NCBI GenBank assembly: GCA_017651185.1 | Contig: JAGCDJ010000019.1 | Coordinates: 265,726 to 329,725, forward strand | From: Bacteroidales bacterium | GTDB taxonomy: Bacteria > Bacteroidota > Bacteroidia > Bacteroidales > ML635J-15 | Direction: 5' to 3' | DNA length: 64,000 bases | In this document: piece after piece, positions 16,095 through 23,469 of the stretch | Layout: each line of letters starts with the position of its first letter | How positions within the stretch are numbered: position 1 is the first letter of the stretch | Translations under genes and position numbers: made by a program | Notes under the pieces: model-generated | What the model was told of the DNA's origin: nothing | The model's database searches: none | Seen by the model: only the letters and a program-made list of their open reading frames with translations

Positions 16095-17345
16095 ATGAAC
16101 TTCATAGAAATTCTACATAGCATCGATTATTTTGATTTGTTCAGCAATGCGCTGATGATTACGAGTTTCGTGGTCATTATGATGTCGCTGATTGAATATG
16201 TGAACGTATGGACGCACGGTCGGTTCATAAACGGAATGAATAAGAATATCTTTGTGCAGGCGCTGATAGGAACTTTGCTCGGCGCGATTCCGGGTTGCAT
16301 GGGAACATTTACTGCTGTGTCGCTTTACACGCACAAGGCCTTGTCGCTGGGTGCGCTGGTGGCTTGCCTTATAGCAACATCGGGCGACGAAGCATTTGTG
16401 ATGCTTGCAACCATGCCTATGCAATCGCTGTGGTTGTTCGGAATCACGGCAGTGGTGGGCTTTGTGGCTAGTATTATCGTTGACAAGTTGTTCAAGAACA
16501 AGGATTTCACTCCAAAAATCGATGATGTTCCTTTCGAGGTTCACGAGCACGAAATCCCCGAAGACGGAAAACTGTTCGCTTGGAAAAACTTCGTGCCATC
16601 GAAGTCGAGACTGAAATTGATAGGCGTATTTGTCGGAATAATTATTCTATGCTGTGTTGGTATAATCGGACATTCACATTCCGAAAACCTGATTTTCAGT
16701 CTTCCACAGCAAACCGAAGCCGTTGAGGCAGACGAGCACCACCATCACGACGAATGCTGCGAGCATCATCACCACGATGAAGAATGCTGTGAACATCACC
16801 ATCATCACGATGAATGTAAAGGGGAACATCATCATTCCGACCTGCCCGAAGGTTTCGAGCATCATCACCACCATCACGGGGCATTAGACATTGTGAACAT
16901 TATCATCATTTCGCTCTCGGTGCTAATGCTTCTGATAATTTTCTTCTCCAACGAGCATTTTGTAAGCGAGCACCTTGTACAGCATGTTGTCCAGAAGCAT
17001 CTGCCACGCATTTTCTGGTGGACATTCGGTGTGCTTGTCGTTATGGCTATCATCTTGAATTATACCGACTTCGGCGACTGGATTTACAATAACAAGTACA
17101 TTCTGCTGCTCATTGCCGTTGCAATAGGCATTTTGCCCGAATCGGGTCCGCATTTGATATTTGTCGTGCTGTTTGTGCAGGGTTACATACCCTTTAGCAT
17201 TCTGTTGGCCAACAGCATTGTACAGGACGGACATGGTTCTCTGCCTTTGCTTGCCGAAACCAAGAAGGGATTTCTCGTCACCAAGGTGATAAATATGGTA
17301 GTGGGACTGGTAGTTGGATTGGTGGGAATGGGGATCGGATTTTAA
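16095..17345 (+). CDS. polytopic membrane protein with a His/Cys-rich loop; putative metal-ion permease (ArsP_2 / 10-TM heavy-metal exporter-like)
   Basis: 416 aa with multiple hydrophobic spans and GAIPGCMGTFTAVSLY. Central loop EADEHHHHDECCEHHHHDEECCEHHHHHDECKGEHHHSDLPEGFEHHHHHHG. The family name is from memory. Confidence 0.5.
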   Translation: MNFIEILHSIDYFDLFSNALMITSFVVIMMSLIEYVNVWTHGRFINGMNKNIFVQALIGTLLGAIPGCMGTFTAVSLYTHKALSLGALVACLIATSGDEAFVMLATMPMQSLWLFGITAVVGFVASIIVDKLFKNKDFTPKIDDVPFEVHEHEIPEDGKLFAWKNFVPSKSRLKLIGVFVGIIILCCVGIIGHSHSENLIFSLPQQTEAVEADEHHHHDECCEHHHHDEECCEHHHHHDECKGEHHHSDLPEGFEHHHHHHGALDIVNIIIISLSVLMLLIIFFSNEHFVSEHLVQHVVQKHLPRIFWWTFGVLVVMAIILNYTDFGDWIYNNKYILLLIAVAIGILPESGPHLIFVVLFVQGYIPFSILLANSIVQDGHGSLPLLAETKKGFLVTKVINMVVGLVVGLVGMGIGF

Positions 17346-17366
17346 TGAATTGATAATGAATAATGG

Positions 17367-17406
17367 ACAATTAACAATTAACAATTAACAATTAACAATT
17401 AACAAT
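17367..17406. repeat. tandem repeat, 7-nt unit ACAATTA, 5 copies plus a partial
   Basis: Read directly: acaatta x5, then acaat. Confidence 0.9.
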
Positions 17407-17443
17407 GGATAATTAATAATGAACTAATCATTTAAACAACATC

Positions 17444-17483
17444 AAACAACCATAAACAACCATAAACAACCATAAACAACCAT
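17444..17483. repeat. tandem repeat, 10-nt unit AAACAACCAT, 4 perfect copies
   Basis: Read directly. It is preceded by AAACAACATC (17434-17443), which equals the first half of the next repeat unit. Confidence 0.9.
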
Positions 17484-17568
17484 AAACAACATCAAACCAT
17501 TTCAAACAACATCAAACCATTTCAAACAACATCAAACCATTTCAAACAACATCAAACCATTTCAAACA
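17484..17568. repeat. tandem repeat, 20-nt unit AAACAACATCAAACCATTTC, 4 perfect copies plus a partial
   Basis: Read directly. It ends 26 nt before the ATG at 17594. The plus strand has no G from 17422 to 17570. Confidence 0.9.
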
Positions 17569-17593
17569 TAGAAACAATAATAAAACTATTTTT

Positions 17594-18319
17594 ATGAATA
17601 TGTCAAATTTTATCATTTTACTCTCTGTTTTGTTTTTTTCTGCATGTGGAGGAACAAACCAAAATCTAAATGTTGAAGGCAATGAAGCCAATATTTCCAC
17701 AGACACAACTGTGGCAATAGCAATGTCTAAGGATGATGCAAATGATCTGGTTGAGGCTAAGGTTGACGAAGATATTGTCCTTGAGGTCTGGAAAGCATAT
17801 CTTAAGTCGGAATATTGTGATGTTCAGACGGATAATATTGAATCGACACTTGCTCTGCTCGACAAAAGAAGCAATACTGTTGCTATGCTTGAACTCGATG
17901 GTTCAAACCATCCAATTGTCCGTGAAATTACTTCCGACAACGATGATGAAGAAGATTATTATGAGGAAACTGCAGTCGAATTTTTTGCCTGCTATCCGCT
18001 GAAAAATGGCGGTTGGTTGGCACTTTGGTATTACGATGGTGCCGACTGGGGACGCAGGGTTTTTGCTGTTTATAAGTACGAGAACAATGTCCTCACACGT
18101 CAAAAAAATGCCTTTCCGCCATTTGATTCGTATTTTATCGACAAGAATCCATCATTCGACTGGGACGAACTTGTAAAATTGAGCGGAACTGAAGTCGTTT
18201 ATTTTATGCAGGACTGCTGGACTTGCGGTTTCTATGATGATCATTTCTGCATTTCGTTGGGCGGAATGGAGGAGACTATTTACAAATTCGATGGTAATGG
18301 TTTTGTAAAAGAAGAATAA
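17594..18319 (+). CDS. hypothetical lipoprotein
   Basis: 241 aa with lipobox LSVLFFSACGG and no recognisable catalytic motif. Confidence 0.6.
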   Translation: MNMSNFIILLSVLFFSACGGTNQNLNVEGNEANISTDTTVAIAMSKDDANDLVEAKVDEDIVLEVWKAYLKSEYCDVQTDNIESTLALLDKRSNTVAMLELDGSNHPIVREITSDNDDEEDYYEETAVEFFACYPLKNGGWLALWYYDGADWGRRVFAVYKYENNVLTRQKNAFPPFDSYFIDKNPSFDWDELVKLSGTEVVYFMQDCWTCGFYDDHFCISLGGMEETIYKFDGNGFVKEE

Positions 18320-18322
18320 TTA

Positions 18323-20074
18323 ATGAATGATTTTGAGGGAAAGGAAAACTCGGGTGCAAATGTCATCCGCTACAAGGCTCATTATCTGGTAGAGTCGGAA
18401 TGGATTGACGAAAATTCTGTCAGCAACGACTATGACTACGACAGCAACGAAGGTGTTATTGTCTTGGAAGATGGTGTTACTGAGATTGGTAATGGCGCTT
18501 TTACAGAAAGTTTTGACATTATTTCCGTTGAAATTCCTAATACGATTACAACAATTGGAATGGGTGCGTTTGCGTATTCGTTGCTCTCGTCAGTGGTCAT
18601 TCCCGACTCGGTGACGGAAATCTGCGAAGGTGCGTTTAACGGCTGCGACGAATTGAGGTCGATATATATTCCTGCATCGGTGGAACGTATTGGTATTGAT
18701 GCATTCTTGAGTTGCACAAAGTTGAATTCCATAGAAGTGGACAAGTCAAATCTCGTTTACGACTCGCGTGAAAATTGCAATGCCATAATCGAGACCAGGA
18801 CAAACAAACTTCTTTTCGGCTGTAAAAACGCTTTTATTCCCAATTCCATTACCGAAATAGAAGACGGTGCATTCTATTATTGCGAAGGTTTGAAGTTTGT
18901 CGATATACCTAATTCAGTCAGAAGGATAGGGGATTGTGCTTTTTACGCTTGTTATGGGCTGAAATCTATTGTTATCCCGTCGTCAGTAACGAGAATTGGC
19001 GATGGTGCCTTTTATGAATGTTGCATGCTGGATTCGATTGCGGTTGATCCGAATAATGTTGTTTACGACTCGCGCCAAAACTGCAACGCCATAATCGCAA
19101 CCCGTACAAATGAACTGATTGCTGGTTGTGTCAATTCGTTTATACCAGAAGGCATTACGAAGATTGCCGTAGGCGCATTCGGTGGTTGCGATAGACTTAC
19201 GACCATTGAAATTCCCGCTTCGGTTGTGAGGATTGGCGAAAACGCCTTTTGCTCTTGCTACAGCCTTACGGATGTGAAAATTTTAGGCGATTTGACTGAA
19301 ATTGCTGATGGCGCATTTACAAAATGCTGTGAGTTGAGGATTTTTAATTTTCCAGAATCGTTGAGGAGAATCGGAATGTCGGCATTTTATGAATGCAATA
19401 ACTTGCAGTCCTTGTATATTTCACGTTATGTGGAAGAAATAGATGAGGATGCATTTATGGGTTGTGGCAGTCTAAAATCCATTGTGGTTGATGACCGTAA
19501 TCCATACTACGATTCACGCGAAAACTGTAATGCGTTAATCGAAACGCAGACCAATATTCTTCTGGCAGGTAGCGAAAATGCTGTAATTCCCGACAATGTG
19601 GTTGAAATAGCCAGCGGTGCTTTTATGAGATGCAGCGGGTTAAAATCGATATATTTCCCAGATTCGGTTACAAAAATAGGTGAAATGGCATTTTGTAATT
19701 GCGAAGGGCTTACTTCGCTAGTAATTCCGGAATCTGTAACCGAAATCGGACAAGATGCCTTTAACGATTGCTATGGCATAACTTCGTTGTCACTTCCCAA
19801 TTCGCTGACCGAAATTAGCGACAATTTGTTCTGGCAGTGCAAAGGACTTAAATCTGTAGTTATTCCAGATTCAGTAAAGAGGATTGGCAAGTCGGCATTC
19901 TGGGGATGTACAGGACTTGAAGCCGTGATTATACCATATTCGGTAGAAGAGATAGGAGAAGAGGCTTTTGATAATTGTGACTCGTTGCAAGAAATTGTTA
20001 TTCCCAAGGGAATGGCATATCAGTTTAAGGAATTTTTGTCCGAAGATTTGTGGAACAAGTTGGTGGAGAAATAG
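18323..20074 (+). CDS. BspA-type leucine-rich repeat (LRR_5) protein
   Basis: 583 aa of reiterated IP.SVT.IG..AF..C..L.SI units and conserved Y(D)SRENCNAII modules. No obvious signal peptide or T9SS C-terminal domain. Confidence 0.8.
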   Translation: MNDFEGKENSGANVIRYKAHYLVESEWIDENSVSNDYDYDSNEGVIVLEDGVTEIGNGAFTESFDIISVEIPNTITTIGMGAFAYSLLSSVVIPDSVTEICEGAFNGCDELRSIYIPASVERIGIDAFLSCTKLNSIEVDKSNLVYDSRENCNAIIETRTNKLLFGCKNAFIPNSITEIEDGAFYYCEGLKFVDIPNSVRRIGDCAFYACYGLKSIVIPSSVTRIGDGAFYECCMLDSIAVDPNNVVYDSRQNCNAIIATRTNELIAGCVNSFIPEGITKIAVGAFGGCDRLTTIEIPASVVRIGENAFCSCYSLTDVKILGDLTEIADGAFTKCCELRIFNFPESLRRIGMSAFYECNNLQSLYISRYVEEIDEDAFMGCGSLKSIVVDDRNPYYDSRENCNALIETQTNILLAGSENAVIPDNVVEIASGAFMRCSGLKSIYFPDSVTKIGEMAFCNCEGLTSLVIPESVTEIGQDAFNDCYGITSLSLPNSLTEISDNLFWQCKGLKSVVIPDSVKRIGKSAFWGCTGLEAVIIPYSVEEIGEEAFDNCDSLQEIVIPKGMAYQFKEFLSEDLWNKLVEK

Positions 20075-20081
20075 GGCAAAG

Positions 20082-20309
20082 TTAATGTTCTGCACTGGTA
20101 GCAGACAGATCTTCATATAGAGCAACTGGACCGAGTTGCCATAGTTTAGTCTTTTCTGTTTCTAATCTGCGATATGTGTCCGATGCGTAAATTTCGTTTA
20201 TAGCATCAGATATTTCAATGTGCTTTTCTTTAGACATTATTTCTGCAATGCGACTGATTTTTGATGGCAGAAAGAGGTATAAATTTTCCTGGGTAACATT
20301 CAAGTTCAT
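20082..20309 (-). CDS. small DUF3791-like protein (triad 2, gene 3)
   Basis: 75 aa. Its start overlaps the upstream stop in an ATGA (complement of tcat, 20306-20309). Confidence 0.65.
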   Translation of the reverse strand: MNLNVTQENLYLFLPSKISRIAEIMSKEKHIEISDAINEIYASDTYRRLETEKTKLWQLGPVALYEDLSATSAEH

Positions 20310-20791
20310 AGTGTAATCTCCTTTGCTTCGACAAAAGTTAATGATTGTAGCGCCATATCAGTATGAAAAAGATATTGGTCAACCAACTTGTATGTTTTCA
20401 GTTCTTTAATTAGGTCTAGTTTGTCAAGTACACCGCCTTCGTATAGGGCAAAAGCCGCGTAGACCTTGTCGTTTGCAACAGGACCATAAACAATGTCGAA
20501 GTTATGTTGAAAACCTATTATAGTCCTATTTTGCATTACAAAGTCAACCCATTCTTCTGTCGGTTCTTTGAATATTAGAGAATTAAAACCTTTTAATGCG
20601 GATTCGTTGAATTCATATACATTGACATAACCGATGACAGCTTTGTGTTCATCCATTTTCCTTTTTACCCAGTCTTCTGCTTGTTCGTATGATGTAGTCG
20701 CATAAAATCCTTTCCCGTAATCAAGCGTGTGTGTGGCCTCCCGAATTTCTGGATTACTTACTTTCACTATGCTTCCGTGAAATAGTTTCAT
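20306..20791 (-). CDS. DUF3990-like protein (triad 2, gene 2)
   Basis: 161 aa with MKLFHGS, YGKGFYAT, YEQAEDW, EEWVDFVM and DIVYGPVANDKV. Confidence 0.7.
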   Translation of the reverse strand: MKLFHGSIVKVSNPEIREATHTLDYGKGFYATTSYEQAEDWVKRKMDEHKAVIGYVNVYEFNESALKGFNSLIFKEPTEEWVDFVMQNRTIIGFQHNFDIVYGPVANDKVYAAFALYEGGVLDKLDLIKELKTYKLVDQYLFHTDMALQSLTFVEAKEITL

Positions 20792-21012
20792 TTTATTGCC
20801 TCCTTTCTAATGTTTATAAATTCGTCAATGTCTTCAATTATCCACTGTCGGCTTTGCGTGTGTAGGGGTTCGAAGTGTTCTTCAAGATATTTCAGTACGC
20901 CATACTTATTAAAAGTATTTGCGGCTTCAGACCCCGATATTTTTTTTGCATCCTTGTATTGTTCAATACAAAAGGAAAGAAAATAGGCAATATCTAAATT
21001 TCTATTATTCAT
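20788..21012 (-). CDS. small DUF3791-like protein (triad 2, gene 1)
   Basis: 74 aa with an ATGA overlap onto the next gene (20788-20791). A TATATTTG box on the minus strand (plus 21021-21028) lies only 8 nt before the ATG. Confidence 0.65.
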   Translation of the reverse strand: MNNRNLDIAYFLSFCIEQYKDAKKISGSEAANTFNKYGVLKYLEEHFEPLHTQSRQWIIEDIDEFINIRKEAIK

Positions 21013-21103
21013 AGTCGTGGCAAATATACTGTAATTTTTTGCATCGTGCCTATGCGGTTAACAAATATTTTTCACCCCAATTTCCGAATTCCGAAAATTG
21101 TCT

Positions 21104-21111
21104 TAACTTTG
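21104..21111 (+). promoter_or_regulatory. -7 promoter box (TAACTTTG) upstream of the arginine-deiminase-like gene
   Basis: Matches TAnnTTTG, 92 nt upstream of the ATG at 21203. Confidence 0.35.
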
Positions 21112-21202
21112 CGGTCGAGTTGCATGGGTGTATTATTTTTGCTTGTGTGGCTTGGCGAAGAATGTAAACGTATGTAGTTCTTCGTTTTCTAAAAGATGAT
21201 TT

Positions 21203-22447
21203 ATGGATAATAAAATAAGACTCTACTCAGAAATAGGCAAACTGAATGCTGTACTTCTGCATCGTCCGGGAATTGAAATCGAGCGAATGACTCCAGAAAA
21301 TGCTCACGAGGCTCTGTATAGCGATATTCTTAATAAAAAGATTGTTGATGGCGAATACGCCAATTTTGAGGGTGTACTTTCAAAGTGGACAAAAACCTAT
21401 CAGGTTGTCGATTTGCTCGCCGAAGTGCTTAAGAATGAGAATGTAAAGAAAATTCTTGTTGAAACTTCCTGCCGTCTGGATGACTGCGCTTTCCTTTGCG
21501 ATGAACTTTTGTCGCACGATGAAAAAACTTTGGCTCGCGAATTAGTAGAAGGCTTCGAATATAGGAGAGAAGTTGACCCTGCAAAATATGAGGAAGAGCG
21601 ATTCATCCTCAAACCATTGTACAATTTATTTTTCACCCGCGATGCTGCTTCATCTGTGTATGATTTGTTGTTGATGAACTCCATGTCGTTCAAGGTTCGT
21701 CAGCGAGAAAACATAATCTACCGTGCAATTTTCGAAAACTATTTTGATAGCGAATCGATAAACGCTGCCGAATGGGAGGCTTCTGCCCGTACCGAAGGAG
21801 GTGATGTTCTTATTGCTCGCGATGACACTTTGTTTATTGGAAATGGTATCAGAACCAACAAGAAAGGAATAGAGTTTCTTGCTCAATACTTTGGCTCTCG
21901 TAAACCAAAATTCAACATTCTAGTTCAGGAACTTCCTGAAACACCCGAATCGTTCATACACTTGGACATGGTGTTCACTTTCCTTGATCGTGACCGTTGC
22001 ATGATGTACGAACCGATTATCCGTAAGAATGCCAAGTATTCGCATTTGCAAACAACTCATATAGAAATAGATAACGGTAAGATAACATATCATCAGAAAC
22101 AAAATTTCTTGCAGGGAGCAAAAGATTTGGGTTTTGACCTTAATCCTGTAGTATGCGGCGGCAACGATGCTTGGACACAGCAGCGCGAGCAGTGGCATAG
22201 CGGAGCAAATTTCTTCGCTTTGGGCGAAGGTAAGATTATCGGTTATGAACGTAACTGGAAGACTATTGAAGCTTTGGATAAGGCTGGTTTTTCGGTTCTT
22301 AAAGCAGCCGATGTCTGCAAGGGACTAGTTGATATGCATAACTACGAAAAGTTTGTTGTAACTTTCTCAGGTAGTGAACTTCCGCGAGGTGGAGGTGGTG
22401 CAAGGTGCATGACTATGCCGATAAGCAGGGAAGATGTAAATTGGTAA
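21203..22447 (+). CDS. arcA: arginine deiminase family protein
   Basis: 414 aa with N-terminal SEIGKLNAVLLHRPG and a C-terminal catalytic-Cys motif GGGGARCMTMPISRE. Confidence 0.65.
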   Translation: MDNKIRLYSEIGKLNAVLLHRPGIEIERMTPENAHEALYSDILNKKIVDGEYANFEGVLSKWTKTYQVVDLLAEVLKNENVKKILVETSCRLDDCAFLCDELLSHDEKTLARELVEGFEYRREVDPAKYEEERFILKPLYNLFFTRDAASSVYDLLLMNSMSFKVRQRENIIYRAIFENYFDSESINAAEWEASARTEGGDVLIARDDTLFIGNGIRTNKKGIEFLAQYFGSRKPKFNILVQELPETPESFIHLDMVFTFLDRDRCMMYEPIIRKNAKYSHLQTTHIEIDNGKITYHQKQNFLQGAKDLGFDLNPVVCGGNDAWTQQREQWHSGANFFALGEGKIIGYERNWKTIEALDKAGFSVLKAADVCKGLVDMHNYEKFVVTFSGSELPRGGGGARCMTMPISREDVNW

Positions 22448-22461
22448 TAATATGAAAAATA

Positions 22462-22483
22462 AAAGCGTCTTTCGAGACGCTTT
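22462..22483. terminator. bidirectional intrinsic terminator between arcA and rpoD
   Basis: AAAGCGTCT-TTCG-AGACGCTTT, a perfect 9-bp stem with an A-run upstream and a T-run downstream. Confidence 0.8.
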
Positions 22484-22490
22484 TATTTTT

Positions 22491-23351
22491 TTATCCTAGA
22501 TAACTCTTCAGGAGTTTACTCCTGTTGGAGTGTTTCAGTCTTCTAATGGCTTTTTCCTTGATTTGTCTTACGCGCTCACGCGTTAGTCCAAACTGGTCGC
22601 TTATTTCTTCGAGTGTACGTTCCGGTCCGCCAATACCAAAGAACATCTTTACGATTTCCCTTTCTCTTTCAGTAAGAGCGGCGAGTACACGTTCAATTTC
22701 CTTTGAAAGCGATTCCTCGATAAGTTTAGAGTCTGTATTAGGAAGGTCGGTGTTTTCCAAAACGTCAACAAGACTATTGTCTTCACCATTGGCAAATGGG
22801 GCATCAAGTGATGTATGTCTGCCAGAAACCTTTAATGTGTCCGAAATCTTGTCTTCCGGCATGTCAAGAACTTTTGCGAGTTCCTCGGAGGTCGGACGAC
22901 GTTCGTTTTCCTGCTCGAAACGTGAGTATGCCTTGTTTATCTTGTTAAGTGAACCTACTTGATTCAAAGGTAGTCTTACGATTCTTGCCTGTTCTGCCAA
23001 TGCTTGAAGGATTGACTGGCGGATCCACCATACAGCATACGATATGAATTTGAAACCACGTGTCTCATCAAATTTTTCAGCAGCTCTGATAAGTCCAAGG
23101 TTGCCTTCGTTGATAAGGTCAGGCAAACTCAAACCTTGATTCTGGTACTGTTTTGCGACAGAAACGACAAAACGCAAGTTTGCCTTGGTTAACTTTTCCA
23201 ATGCAGCACGGTCGCCTTTCCTAATTCTCTGCGCCAATTCAACTTCTTCTTCTACTGTGATAAGTTCTTCTTTTCCAATTTCCTGCAAGTACTTGTCCAA
23301 CGAAGCACTTTCGCGATTGGTGATTGATTTAGTAATTTTTAATTGTCTCAT
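22491..23351 (-). CDS. rpoD: primary RNA polymerase sigma factor (sigma-70/sigma-A)
   Basis: 286 aa with [10 protein letters not shown] (region 2) and [26 protein letters not shown] (region 4.2). Confidence 0.9.
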   Translation of the reverse strand: MRQLKITKSITNRESASLDKYLQEIGKEELITVEEEVELAQRIRKGDRAALEKLTKANLRFVVSVAKQYQNQGLSLPDLINEGNLGLIRAAEKFDETRGFKFISYAVWWIRQSILQALAEQARIVRLPLNQVGSLNKINKAYSRFEQENERRPTSEELAKVLDMPEDKISDTLKVSGRHTSLDAPFANGEDNSLVDVLENTDLPNTDSKLIEESLSKEIERVLAALTEREREIVKMFFGIGGPERTLEEISDQFGLTRERVRQIKEKAIRRLKHSNRSKLLKSYLG

Positions 23352-23418
23352 TTCTTATTTTTAAAACTAATATCTTATACGACGGTCAAAAGAAAAAGTT
23401 TTATTTTTTCAAAAAAAA

Positions 23419-23443
23419 ATCTGCCCTCCAATGGAAGGCAGAT
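23419..23443 (-). terminator. intrinsic terminator after the T9SS cargo gene
   Basis: ATCTGCC..GGCAGAT stem with one internal mismatch. On the minus strand it is followed by a run of 9 T. Confidence 0.7.
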
Positions 23444-23469
23444 TTTTGTGTTAAATATTATGTAACTTA

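Noticed and set aside
16674-16884. Minus-strand ORFs 16674-16877 and 16696-16884 (M/V/H-rich and R/D-rich)
   Set aside because: They are mirror images of the CAC/CAT/GAT-rich His-loop coding sequence of the plus-strand permease.
17367-17568. Tandem repeats as a CRISPR array or as coding sequence
   Set aside because: The repeats are head-to-tail with no spacers and the units are 7-20 nt. Only a spurious minus-strand ORF (16923-17384) touches the edge.
3899-21012. The two oppositely oriented triads acting as inverted repeats for a 15-kb inversion
   Set aside because: Similarity is only at the protein-motif level. I could not find extended nucleotide identity between the copies, so homologous recombination between them is unlikely.
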